A stretch of 63,851 nt of DNA, counting the filler, from Dimargaris cristalligena (taxonomy: Eukaryota): assembly GCA_003614675.1 (NCBI GenBank). It is 12 parts of 12 records of this genome, joined end to end, with 100 filler letters (N's around TTAATTAATTAA, not from the genome) between each part and the next. Parts side by side here need not be neighbours in the genome. Positions count along the whole stretch, not along the records: positions 10,727 to 15,979 come from ML003661.1; positions 16,080 to 21,324 come from ML003662.1; positions 21,425 to 26,668 come from ML003663.1; 9 more parts are not named here. One strand, given 5' to 3'. Both the position numbers and the translations under genes were made by a program. The notes under the pieces were generated by a model that was not told the origin of the DNA, made no database searches, and saw nothing but the letters and a program-made list of their open reading frames with translations. This document shows positions 13,421-25,653 of the stretch, piece by piece; position 1 is the first letter of the stretch; the number at the start of each line of letters is the position of its first letter.

Positions 13421-13681
13421 TCCTCTTCCAATAGATGGAATTTTCCTCCTCTTACTTAATATAATGTGTGAATATGTAATCCTGAAGATAAATAAAGTAT
13501 TACTAAACTAACTAGAAATAGTGGTTAGATTTGGAAATATTTATCATAACATCTGTTGCACTATCATAAGAACTGTTTAAGGTGGTGGGCTTTTATTTGT
13601 CAAGTATCTGTAAGGTACTATAGGTACTAATTAATAGTATATTCTTATGGAGGGGAAATTCCATCCCTGCCCATGGCAGTA

Positions 13682-14657
13682 TATTACCTAGGTTAACCAC
13701 TCTTAGTCCATCACGAGTCCCAAGGATAGGCTTCTAATGGTAATTAGGGCTTAGTCATAGCCAAGTGGGCCACTAGCATCAGATATAGTGTTGGCACTAT
13801 TAAAAGAGTAAAGTGTGAGTGGTTTTTATCAAGGAAAGAATATAAGTAGTATGGACTTGCAGAAGCCATGTGAATATTAGTAAATGGAAGAATAAGAGTA
13901 CACACCCAATGCTTATTTATATGGACCATAACAGGCATCTGGGAAAGCTAAGGAGGGTTAATAACATATTCATTGGACTTTCTGGAAAAATATTCTAGAT
14001 GACAGAATTAGTGGTATCCTTAGAGAGTATCAATTTACCAGGGGTCCCTATGCTAGACATATGTAGCTGAAATGAATTCTCAGTCAAAGATACTATGGTT
14101 AGAACATCAGGATTAGTAAAATCTATGGGGTCCAAAGGAACCTTGCTACCTTAATGCCTGGGGCTGGTCCCTGAATTAGCTGTGGATGCAAAAGTACAAA
14201 CTAATAAAGGCTATAGTAGGTATATATAAGGGATGTGCAGTAGTATACTTACTAGTTAGTATATAAGGGGGTGAGTATATATAAAGTTTATTAAGGTAAA
14301 CTAAGGGTAATAATAAGTTAAGGGGTCTAACTAGTCCTAAGGGAGCCCAGTTATATATAGGGATAGCTCTAAAGGAAGGTCCCAAGGGAATAATATTACT
14401 AAGAATAAGGTATAGGTAAATGGGTTAACTGGATAGCTACTAGTATCTGGAAGATTCTGATGGTAACTGAAAGAGTCTATAGATTAGCACTTGAGTAATT
14501 AGTATAAAGAGGTAGAGTCCAGAAGGAGAAGAGTTATATAATATAGGATAATCCCATAGTACTGGGGGTGACTACAGGAAGGTTAATATAGTACTCTAAG
14601 GCCTAATAGGGCCAGACACTAAGCCAGCTGGATTAAGGGGGATTAAATAGTTCAATA
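13682..14657 (-). mobile_element. LTR family A copy split by a ~400-bp insert starting TGTTGG (13789..~14190)
   Basis: Family-A alignment stops at 13788 and resumes near 14191 at the next consensus position. Confidence 0.75.
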
Positions 14658-14871
14658 ATGATCAAGAGAAACTATTACTTTCCCTGAATTAAGAAATGAA
14701 AATTATTATAGGGAAAATTTAAATCTTATTTTTTCCTTTATTTCCTTCCTCCTAAGCAGCCCTATTTAGTGTCTAATATTACTACTGTCAATTCTTATTA
14801 CCAGTCACTTTTAAAAATTTGTACAATGGGGTTTTCAGTTATTATAGACCAGTCAGTTACCCTTTAAGTAT

Positions 14872-15122
14872 TGTTGCCCCTCCTATTCCAACCTAATCTG
14901 TCCCGCTAAGGATTACCATCATAGCAGGCCGTATAGTGCTATAGTGTATCCCCGGTCCTAATGGGGCCAGACACCATATATATCATCTTACTGGCCGGAC
15001 CCCCCTTGGAGTTTGTACTACTCACTCCTAGGTGATCTTAGTGTCTTCCAATTCCCATGGAAGCCTCCGCTCATACGAGGACCACCTGGCCCTCCCTGTC
15101 ATTATCCTAGTTATGTAGTTTC
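14872..15122 (+). mobile_element. LTR family A 5' half, interrupted by a Copia element
   Basis: TGTTGCCCC start; reverse-complement match to the 12086..12627 subfamily. Confidence 0.8.
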
Positions 15123-15979
15123 TGTTGAACTGCATCTCCCCCCGAGTACCATTTACTGTATTGGGTATTTCGAGCAATCCTATTGGTCAAAACTACACCC
15201 AATAAATACCACTACAATGAGCTTAATTCTCATCTTGCGGTTCTTTCTTACTTCTATCTATCTTACAATAAACTTTATCTTTAGTCTATCTTGGATTATA
15301 ACTAAGAGAATCTGTGGTTACTCCAACAGGTTATGAGCCCTGCTGTCCGTGCTACTCATCACACAAACATTCATATATACTTATAGCTTAAAGTGATCTA
15401 AAGCATAACTCACTTGAGTTCTCTATCAATCCATCTCTCACCATCACCAATCCTCAACATCCATCCATCCATCCAATCACCAATAGCTTCAATCAAAACA
15501 TTCACGTTCCCATTCCCCTGTCTGACTGGTAACAACTACAAGACGTGGTCTGGCGACATGCAGGCAATTCTTGAAATGGAAGATCTCTGGGCAATCATCA
15601 TTGATCCACCAACTGTGAAAGAAGAGACAATTGACAAGGCCATCCATCATGCCAAATACCTGATGGACCATAAGGCTGTTTGCTACCTCCGTCAAGCAAC
15701 TTGTGAGAAGATTCGTAACACTCTTCTACTGAACAAGACTGCAAAGGAGATCTGGGACTCCCTCGCCAACTAGTACACCTGTATGACTTCAACAAAGGTC
15801 TTCCGCCTACACGCCCAGCTCTACCATCTGAAACAGGGTGATATGAGTATCAGTGACCTGGCAACCAAAATTGAAACACTGGATGACGAACTTTTGCACT
15901 TTGAGCTATCCCAAGATCAGCGCTGTATGCTCATCCTTCTCCAATCAGTGGATCCGAAGTACCATCTGTATGTGACTCA
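15123..15979 (+). mobile_element. Ty1/Copia retrotransposon 5' end: LTR 15123..15328, primer-binding site (PBS) 15329..15340, gag
   Basis: TGTTG...CAACA LTR of 206 bp followed by GGTTATGAGCCC (Copia-type PBS) and a gag-like frame. Confidence 0.88.
15414..15979 (+). pseudogene. gag: Copia gag with in-frame stop at 15771
   Basis: LTGNNYKTW...LWAII and KTAKEIWDSL motifs of Copia gag; ORFs 15414 and 15783 share a frame across TAG. Confidence 0.85.
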
Positions 15980-16079
15980 NNNNNNNNNNNNNNNNNNNNN
16001 NNNNNNNNNNNNNNNNNNNNNNNTTAATTAATTAANNNNNNNNNNNNNNNNNNNNNNNNNNNNNNNNNNNNNNNNNNNN
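15980..16079. other. Artificial contig spacer
   Basis: N-TTAATTAATTAA-N, 100 bp. Confidence 0.99.
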
Positions 16080-16162
16080 AAGTCTATCATCACCTTTCCC
16101 TTTTATTATCTATCTTTTCAAATAAAGTTCAGTTTTCAAGGATTTGATTTCAGTTCTTTACA
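16080..16162 (+). mobile_element. LTR family B end abutting the degenerate Gypsy pol
   Basis: ...GATTTGATTTCAGTTCTTTACA, reverse complement of the other family-B ends. Confidence 0.85.
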
Positions 16163-19100
16163 CAGGGTATTCCCAGTACCTGTATGTTCCTCTTCATGGA
16201 CCAGATGAATTAATTGTGGAGTATATCTATTATAGAATTTAAATTCACAATTCCCTAAGTTTGTTTTCAACAGTTTACCATCCTTGAGTTTTTACCCACA
16301 AATTTGGAGGTAAATTATATGGTAGACCACATAATCTGTTCCATTGGGATAAGCCTTGGACTTGGGGTACTATTATAAAACTGAATATTTGTAAAAATTG
16401 AGGGCATTGCTATCTCATTCTTATTCATTGTTTGTTTTAGATTCCATTTCTGGATAGGAAATCAGCTAGGTTGTTCTGTCCAACACAGTGCTTCAGAGTG
16501 AAGCTGTACTCTCTGATAGTTATGGCCCATCTAGCTAGGTGGCTAGTAGCCTCTTTGGAATCAAATAGGTAAATTAATGCAGTGTGGTCTGTAAAAATAG
16601 TAAAAATTTGATCCTAAAGATAGTTTTTAAAGTATACAACAACCCATATACCACCTGGGTCTTCCAGATGAGTTGCAGCATAGTTTTGTTCACTTTTTCA
16701 CAATGTACAGCTGGTAAAAGTTATGAGTCTTTCCTTCCCTTCATGTTCTTGGGGTAGGATTGCTATAATGCCATTTAAAGAGGCAATAATAATAAAATAA
16801 ACAATTGTTCCCAGTCTGGATGAGCTAAATCTGGGGCCATAACCATCAAATTATTGAGGGATTCTACAGCTGATCCTGCCACTTCTGTCCAATGCCACAG
16901 TATATTTTTCTTTAATAATTGGGTCAGTAGTTTTGCTTATCATGTAAATTTTTCAATAAAATAGTAATATTAACTAACTATTCCAAAAAAAGGACTGTAA
17001 GTCTATGATGTTTTTTGGAGATATAGCCTGATGAACTTTTTAGATTTTTAATTAATCAGTAATGATCCCTTAACTGTAAATGACATGGCCAAGATATAAG
17101 AGGCTCTTCATAGCAGGTTGACATGTTTCATTTTGTAATTTGATATTAGCAGCTTTCAATAGTTAAAAAACAGTGGCTAAATATTAGTGATGTTTAGCAG
17201 GATTTGATGAATAAACAATTGCATTATTAATAAAGACAAAAGTGAATTTCCAGAGGATAAGTGTTAATGCAGTTTCCAGCATGTGCTAATATGTAGGCAA
17301 ACTGTTAGTTAATCCAAAGGTTATAACCTTGTACCTATACAGTCCATCACCCGGTAGGGCAAATGCAGTCTTGCTTCTATCCTCAAGTTTCAAAGGGACT
17401 TGCCAGAATCCAGAGAGGGCATTGAGGGTAGAGTAGATTGTTGCTTTGGAGAGTGCATGGAATAGATCATCAATCACTAGCAGTAGGTACTGATCCTTTC
17501 AGATAATAGTGTTTAGGTGACAATAGTCTAAACATATACAAATTTTTCTATTCTTTTTCCAGACAACAACTACTGGGGCACACCAACCAGATTGGCAGGG
17601 CTCAATTACCCCATATTCCTTCATTGTTTTTATTTCTTCCCTTGCTTATTTTTTGGCAGCCTGTGGGATTCTATATGGTCACAGCTTAATTAGTTTAGCC
17701 TCTCCGGTGTTGATTGTATACTCAATCAGTGTGGTTTAAGTGAGTTCTGTGATGTCTGTGGCCAATAAATCTTTGTATTCTTCAAATATACCATTGAAGA
17801 GGGATTATTCATGTAGTGTGAGTTCATAATGACATGTTGATGCTGATTGTTCCTCCACACCTATGACTAGGAAATCATTTTCCAAATCTGGTTCACTGGG
17901 ATTGGATTGGCCAGTCAAAGTGGGCAATACTACATCCACTAAAGGATGGGAGAGGGTGATCTGGTTGTGGCAGAGATCCACTGTGGCAGGGTATTTTTTG
18001 AACTAGTCAACACCAAGGATTAACTCATTATGAGAGTATTTTAATACTATTGCTTGTCCAGGAAAATCATAGCTGGTGATGGTAATAGGAACCATTGAGA
18101 TAACACTGAGGGGGCTGTGTAGGATTCATGGTCAATCTTCAGGTTTTCCTTTTCTGTTTCTTTATAGCACAACTTCAGTAGTTCAGTCTTGATACTGGGT
18201 GCACATTGAATGAGTTGCCCAAAGGAGATTGTTGCCTTAGTGTCCAATAGATCCTCAATTGAGTATAGATTAGCACTCGCCATGAGTTTCAGAGTAGGAG
18301 GGCCACAGGAATGGGGTTCTGGGGCTCTGGCTACCACAATTAGCTTGTTGGATTCTTTGTTGGGATTGACCTTCTGCTGCTTGACTTGATTAGCTACTAG
18401 TTCACTATTGTTGGCCCTTTTGATAGTGAACAAATCCAGATTGGGATCTTCCAGTTCTACACAGTTAAATTGAGTGGAGTTCCTCTTTTGGAGAAGGGGA
18501 CATTCAAATTTCCTATGGCTGGGCACCATAGAGTTGAAACATACCCTTTGCTGGTATACGTCTACCTCACTAGCTGTGAGTTGCCTTTTTGGGTACTGGG
18601 GATGAGTGGTTTCATGGTTCATCAAATTGATAGTAAGCTATTCCACTTTCTTGATCAACCAACCAATTATTGCTGTTGAATCATCGAGTATGGGTGGTGC
18701 TAAAGGATTTGCCATCCTTGAGTTGGTCGCCACAGTTTTCCCATCAAATTTTAGGTTACCCTGCTGGCTGGCTGCATCCAGGTTTTCCTCATAGGTACAG
18801 ATGTTGATTGCCTCCACAAACATGGCCACACTATTTCGTAGGATTTGCTTCTGGTGATCACTGTTGACTGCATTCAGCAGGTAGTGTAGCTTATCCACAT
18901 CATTGGTAGTTTTAGTTTGCTTGAATAATTGGGTCAGGGTTGCTGCAAGATCCATGATTGACCTCTGCCCCTGTTGGACCCCTTGCAGTTCATTCCAGGC
19001 CCAAATTTCCCACTCCTTATTGTCAAATTTGGCTAGGGACAGTTCTTCAAAGATATCCCAATTTTTGAAATGATCTTTTTGGTAGACATACCAGGCCTGG

Positions 19101-19370
19101 GCCATTGCACTGAGGTACAGTAGTACCGTTTCTAAATTGACTTCTTCATCCCATGATTGGGGGTGGCAATACAGCTTGTAAATTTATAGCCAGATGATAG
19201 GATTGGCATTAGGACTTCCTATGAATACCTTGGGTTCCATGAGGACTTGCTAAACCTATTTTTCAGTGCTTTCTTTTTCCTTCATTTTGATTAAAATTCT
19301 CATTTTTTGATTTTTCTTGAAAAATAAACTTTTTGTGATATAATTGGTGGTTAGTTGAGGGTTTTGACAT
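16163..19370 (-). pseudogene. Degenerate Ty3/Gypsy gag-pol (gag, zinc knuckle, RT, RNase H)
   Basis: Gag-like ORF 18638..19105; knuckle CFNSMVPSHRKFECP; RT YSTLNALSGFWQVPL...DRSKTAF; FVFINN at the YxDD position (17223-17234); RNase H FTIFTDHTAL...LARWAI; many stops. Confidence 0.92.
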
Positions 19371-19708
19371 CATTATTGGTAATAAAATATAAATATAAAA
19401 GAAGTAATACCCTCAGGTACTCGAAAATAACTAAAACGTAATCAAACTTCCACAGAAGTGCTATCTGGTGAATTCTTTAGCCTCAACTAAAAAGTTATGT
19501 TTATAAATAAGATATTCCACTGAGTATTTCTACTAAAACTTGGGGATTATAAATTGATAAATGCTAAGGACTAAAGAACTAAATTTGGACTAATGGTAAA
19601 TGATAATAAAATGGTTAGACCCATTTGTATAACCAAAACAAAAGTAAAGACAAGGGTCTTCAAATTATACCATTGGTTATATATGGTAAACCATTTATTA
19701 GTATTACC

Positions 19709-20290
19709 TGTCACCTAGGTTAACTACTCTTAGTCTGTCAAGAATCCTGAGGATAGGCTTCTAATGGTAGGTGGGGCTTGGGCTTGGCCAAGTGGGCTAC
19801 TAGTATTAGGTATAGGTACAGTACTAACTAATAAAGGCTAAGTGCAAGTATATGCAAGGGACATGCAGTGGGTACACTTACTAGTTAGTATGAGGGAGTG
19901 AGCATATATAGAGTTTATTGGAGTAAAGTAGGGGGTAATGATAAGCTAAGGAATCAAACTGATCCCAGTGGGGCCCAGTTATATATATGCAGGGATAGCT
20001 CCAGAGGGAAGTCCTAAGGGAAATGCCACTAAGGCTAAGGTATAGGTAGATAAAGGATCCAACCAAATGGTTTCATAACTGGAAGACTCTCATGGGAACT
20101 GGAAGAGTCTTGGATCAGTAGGTTGGGTATTTTGGTGCAAAGCATTGGGGCTGGAAGGGGAAGGGTTATATAATAAATGATGACCCTATAGTACTGGGGG
20201 TGACTATGGGAGGGTTAATATGGTACTATAAGGCCTAATATGGATGAATAATTATTAAGTCCAGATTAAGTCAGATTAGGAGGGCCAACA
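19709..20290 (-). mobile_element. LTR family A, probable 5' LTR of the Gypsy element
   Basis: Full TG...CA copy in the same orientation, ~340 bp upstream of gag; no TSD. A further short family-A end follows at 20291..20333. Confidence 0.85.
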
Positions 20291-20998
20291 GATACTAAAC
20301 TAGCTGGATTAGGGTGGATTAGAAGGTCTGATAGGCAGATTATAATGTTCATAAAATGGTACTAGTTTGACTGTCCAGACTACAGCAATACTTCTGGGAG
20401 TTGCTACTGTCTAGTATAATGTACCCCAGTCAATTGATAATGCTCATAACAGTTTCTGAGGCATGGGAAGAATGGGGTGGAATTTTAATTACCCATTATT
20501 ACCCCCAAGAAATCAGCATCTATATACCCCATCAAATATTCCTAATAAATAAGAAATAGTAATACAGAATTTCAGATGTAATGAATAGGAATAGTAGTAC
20601 CTGAATCCAGTATAGATAGTTTAATTATAGAGATAATAAGAGATATATAGTGAAAATAATGTGGTCAAGATTATGACACAAAAACTAGGCCTGGGCCTAC
20701 TGGTTTTAATTACTATATTACTAAATATTAAACTAGACTTACTGTTAGAAAGGCAGCTCACACCTCTATCAAATTATATTCTTGGAGATTCTCCCATCAT
20801 AGAGTGAATTATATCCTAACTCTTGACACAGTCAATAGTCATATAATAAAATACATAGTAGAGTGTATTCCACACAACTCTTGCAGCTTTCTTTACTTTT
20901 ATTCTCTTTGATATACTAAGGCTTTGCATTGTAGTATATTCATTCATTCTAACACTTACAACTTCTGTAGAGAGCCTTAGTAATGATAAAAACCTCCA

Positions 20999-21199
20999 TA
21001 TTACCTGGGTTAACCACTCTTAGTCCATCAAGAGTCCTGAGGATAGGCTTCTAATGGTAGGTGAGGCTTAGGCTCAGCCAAGTGGGTCACTTGTATCAGG
21101 TATAGGTGGGGTATACTGACTAATAAAGGCTAGCAATAGGTATATGCAAAGGACATATAGTAAGTACACTTACTAGTTAATATAGGGGGAGTGAGTATA
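20999..21199 (-). mobile_element. LTR family A part interrupted by a family-B LTR
   Basis: TATTACCTGGGTTAACC start; alignment ends at the TGTAAAG junction. Confidence 0.88.
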
Positions 21200-21324
21200 T
21201 GTAAAGAACTACAATCAAATCCTTAAAAACTGAACTTTATTTGAAAAAATAGATAATAAGAAGGGAAAGATAATAATAGACTTGCTGTTCCAAGAAGTGG
21301 CAGCAAGGGGGAGTATTTATACTC
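21200..21324 (-). mobile_element. LTR family B end
   Basis: TGTAAAGAAC...; the minus strand has TATAAAT then AATAAA, i.e. the promoter-to-U5 end of an LTR. Confidence 0.85.
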
Positions 21325-21424
21325 NNNNNNNNNNNNNNNNNNNNNNNNNNNNNNNNNNNNNNNNNNNNTTAATTAATTAANNNNNNNNNNNNNNNNNNNN
21401 NNNNNNNNNNNNNNNNNNNNNNNN
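21325..21424. other. Artificial contig spacer
   Basis: N-TTAATTAATTAA-N, 100 bp. Confidence 0.99.
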
Positions 21425-21908
21425 CTGGCAGTCGCTCATTACGCCAGTCTCCCCCCCCACACAGCAATAAGAGCCAGACTGGCGGCGAATCACATACCAC
21501 TACCACCAATCGCTCCTACACATCGTTGTGGCTTCGATAGCGCCCACCAGTGGTGTGAGTTGATTCCAACCGGGGATGAGTATAATCCTCAGGTGGGCCT
21601 AACCATTGGTTGCGGGTGGGCCAATGGGAGAGGTCATGTGACTTGGGAGGTACTGATGGGAATGGCTGCTTCCCAACACCGCCTGACCTTAGTTGCAGAT
21701 GGCGCTAAACTCCTACAGGCCACTAAAAAGCATTGCCCAGCCTACATGGTATTCGGCTGTTCTATGCCACTAAAAGAGGAGAAAGGGGCCTTTGGAATTG
21801 TACCTATGTGTACGAACGAGGCCCAGCTGTATGGTTATCGAAGTACAGCGGAAAGAGACTCAGGGTTTCTCTGTGGGGGGAGAGACTGGCGTAATGAGCG
21901 ACTGCCAG
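21425..21908. mobile_element. MITE-like element with inverted repeats of at least 37 bp
   Basis: CTGGCAGTCGCTCATTACGCCAGTCTC...CCCCACA (21425..21461) is nearly the exact reverse complement of 21872..21908; left end cut by contig start. Confidence 0.7.
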
Positions 21909-22053
21909 CAAAAGGCGGATTAAGTGAGGGGGATTTTTAATCTCGGGTATATTCTCTGTACTCTGGCAGTATCCCTTACCAAGCTCTTCTTTCGTTAGGT
22001 CTTATTATCCTTTTCCCTTTTCTCTCCTCCTTCGGCTCATCGCTTAATCCACT

Positions 22054-23446
22054 ATGCTTCGCAACGCCCTTTCGCAACTGGGTGAGTAGCCCGATCCGGA
22101 ACGCTCCATTGGCAGCATTCACTGCCCCAGGCCTCACAAGTAGTCGAGAATAACTGCGGGGGGGGGCGGGGATAGGTGCTTTCTATACCATCGAGACCGC
22201 CCTTCGCATATAACCAACCTCCTGCTGTAGCGATCGTTACTCGGCTGATCTAGCTGAAGAACCGCCCCAGTACCCGGCCCCATGCTTCAGAATTTACTAG
22301 GCTAGGGCGCAATCCCTCCATATATTCACACATTGACCCATTTCGTATGTGGCCTGGACATAGAGCCCCACTACCCACGATGGTAACTAACCCTAACTTA
22401 ATATATTTTTATATATTGTCACTTCCCCTTTCCCTCGCCCTATGCCATGCCTTCCTCGTTTACTTCCCCATTTGCCTCACACAGCCCAGCGCCGTGCCTT
22501 TTCCACCTCTGTCCTCCGGGCCTCGCCCTATGACAGCACCTTTGGCAACATGGCCATCGGCAAGAACACCCGGGTCATCTGCCAGGGGTTCACCGGCAAG
22601 CAGGGTACTTTCCATTCCCAACAGGCCATCGAATACGGCACCAACATGGTCGGGGGCACTTCGCCCAAGAAGGCCGGTACCACCCACCTGGGTCTGCCCG
22701 TTTTTGGTTCGGTGAAGGAGGCCGTGCGTGAAGTGAAGCCCGACGCTTCGGTGATTTATGTGCCCCCGCCCGGGGCCGCCGCCGCCATTCTGGAGGCCAT
22801 TGAAAACGAAGTGCCCCTGGTGGTGGCCATTACCGAAGGTATCCCCCAGAAGGACATGATCAATGTGGTCAAGGCCCTCCAAACCCAGAACAAGACCCGT
22901 CTGATCGGCCCCAACTGCCCCGGCATCATCAAGCCCGGCGCCTGCAAGATCGGTATCATGCCCGGCCATATCCACTCCGCCGGTAAAATCGGTATCGTGT
23001 CGCGTTCCGGCACTCTAACCTACGAAGCCGTCAACCAGACCACCGAGGTGGGTCTGGGCCAGTCGCTGGTCGTCGGTATCGGCGGTGACCCGTTCAACGG
23101 TACCAACTTCATCGACTGCCTCAAGGTGTTTTTGAACGACCCCGAAACGGAGGGCATCATCCTGATTGGTGAAATCGGCGGGTCCGCCGAGGAAGAGGCC
23201 GCTGCTTATCTGCGGGAATACAACCTGACCCGGACCCTGCCCAAGCCCGTCGTGTCCTTCATCGCCGGTCTGACCGCTCCCCCCGGTCGCCGCATGGGTC
23301 ACGCCGGTGCCATCATTGCCGGTGGTAAGGGTGGTGCTCAAGATAAGATCAAGGCCCTGGAAGACGTCAATGTCGTGGTGTCCAAGTCCCCGGCCCAGCT
23401 CGGTATGCTTATGCAGAAGGCCATGAAGGAAGCCGGTCTGGCCTAA
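22054..23446 (+). CDS. LSC1: Succinyl-CoA ligase alpha subunit, mitochondrial; join(22054..22081,22485..23446)
   Basis: [27 protein letters not shown] and RMGHAGA motifs; GTGAGT/CAG intron gives presequence [22 protein letters not shown]. Confidence 0.97.
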
Positions 23447-24044
23447 GGTGTGGGATCTTCTCATCTCATCTCTTGTCTCACCTTTTCCTTTTTGCCGTGC
23501 AACCCCTCCGCGTTTATTTATACCCTTGGATCCGCCCACCCATGGCCGTCCTCCCCCCTCCTGACTTATTTCCCTTCATCATCCTTCGGAAGACAGACCA
23601 ATTGACTGGCCTCCTGCCCCCTGATTGTTTACACACCCCTTTTATTTTCTAGGCCATGTACAGCTGGATAACTCCGCGGCCCAACTGCCGGCCAAACCGG
23701 CTATGTTGATGGTCCAGTTAGAATAAATGTTACTTTCTTACAAAAGGGGTTTGTCAAAAAGAAAAGGTGGGGGTGTATGAAGATCTAAGCTGCCCTCACT
23801 GTCTCGAATGGGTGGAATATATGGCTGAGTTCGCAGGTATGGTGACTATAATCAATCAAGGTTTATTTTGAAGCGAAAAAATAGTTGGCCAATTCGGATA
23901 GATAATTGATGCCAGGGTCGATCCAGTCTACCACAATTTATCACTTCCCTCTATTTCGGTGAAAAGGATAATTATTGACCTGGTTGGTCGACTGGTCTAC
24001 ACACTAGACTAGGAATATGATGGGTGGAAGGGGAGGGCGATGAT

Positions 24045-24894
24045 TTAAAGGTTGATGGTTTTTCCCTCTGACTTGAGTGCGGCATGGATATCCTGCTCAA
24101 CATCACGGATTTGGGCCCGGAGACTCAGTTGGTCGCGGCTGGTTTGGTCGTAGAGGCGACGCATGTCATCGTTCACCTTGGACACGTGGTCCTTGGTGGC
24201 CATCTTTGACTCGAGGACCTGCATCTGCTTCTCTAGCTCATCGATGCGCTTCAAATAGCCGCGCACCTGGATAGCGGGTAATGCAGTGATCAGGCCCCAA
24301 GGGACATAAAGTCACGGATAATACGGATAACATAGTAAACGGGTTAGTACCTCCTACGATATTGTAAGGCATTCCTCCAGGTCGAGGTCTTCAGTCGATA
24401 TCTTAGCCACGCCCAATACGGCCCAAAAGAAAGAGCAACTATTTGATTTTAGTACCAATCATCATTGGGTACAATGTATGGGCGAGTGCCGTGGTTCACT
24501 AAGCACCGGACTGGATTGATAGGGGACCTGAGAAATGGTCGCCCCTCCCCCACTTTATTAGCCCTCTCTTATCCAGGCGTACCTTTTCGGTTTCCTTGTA
24601 CAGGTCATCGACCGTCGACAGCAGCTTCACGTTGGCCTTCTGGATCTCTTCCACCAGGTACGACGCTCCGAAAATGGAAGCAAAAGTGGCACCGAAGAAC
24701 AGGCCAAACAACGCCGAGCGCACCGAACCCTTACGGGTGTAGACGATTTTGGTGGGGGCGGCCTTACGCAGCTCCTCGGCGTTCACGGGGCTAGATTGGC
24801 GAACCATGCGGGTGGTTTGGAGACCCCGGGTCAGTACCATGGAGGGCGTGGCACGGGCCGAGAAACGGGCGGTGAAGGAGCGGAAAAGGACCAT
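24045..24894 (-). CDS. Hypothetical mitochondrial single-TM coiled-coil protein; exons 24894..24583, 24266..24045
   Basis: R/S/T-rich presequence, TM segment ALFGLFFGATFASIFGASYL, coiled-coil tail; phase-0 GT-AG intron joins the two ORFs. Confidence 0.8.
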
Positions 24895-25653
24895 AGTGAT
24901 GGGAAGATTCTGTAGGGAGGTGGAGGAAGGGAAGGAGGCTCAAAATTTAGGCGGCAGGTGGATTCAGGATCGGTGGCAATGGGCTTAGCCAAAGGTGGAA
25001 TGAAATAATCGGGGTGGGTATTGAATAGAAACTAAGGGAGACAAGAGACTTGTGAGTGGCAGTAGTACCCTGGGCAAATGTGGTGAAGGGGAATCCCACT
25101 TGTATTTGGGAGTGGATTGGGACGGCCCACTGCTTCGAATTGCCGGGTTTGCATTAGCTGCGCTTGGTGCTTACCGCGCTGGGCTCAGCAGCACACACAT
25201 ACCCTGGCGTCGCATGCTCTGGATCTCTTAGTTATTCCTGGACAGCAATGATCTGACCCATTCCATTGGTGAGGTGGGGGGTAACCAGCCGAGCTGATGG
25301 TTAACCGACCATCCTGGGCCATGGCCATATCCGCAGCTTAGCCTAGGCATTTGCTGTTGGGGTAAAAATAAATCTCCCCGCTAATCGACAAGATAATGTA
25401 CCGCCGATGTTAAATCTATCCCGGATTGCCACAGCCATTTTGTTATGTTGGCCACTTTCTGAACCGTTTGAGAATTATTCCCTTACATCCAGTCAAGCGA
25501 ACTGCCCGTAGCTACTTGTCGAATAACCCGTTCTTTAGCCATTAACGCTAACTCAATATCCGGCTTATTTATTGAGTGTTAATAGTAAAAAATGACACCG
25601 GCAAATACCCTTTTATCCAGAGGGCGTATGTTTCTTTTTTCTTTTTCTGAAGG

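Noticed and set aside
21560-21940. 126-aa ORF inside the inverted-repeat element
   Set aside because: Non-ATG start, runs through the TIR, no transposase motif.
22460-23539. Long antisense ORFs over succinyl-CoA ligase (likewise over the NRPS, subtilase and 25654..26610)
   Set aside because: Shadow ORFs expected from GC-rich codon usage; no motifs.
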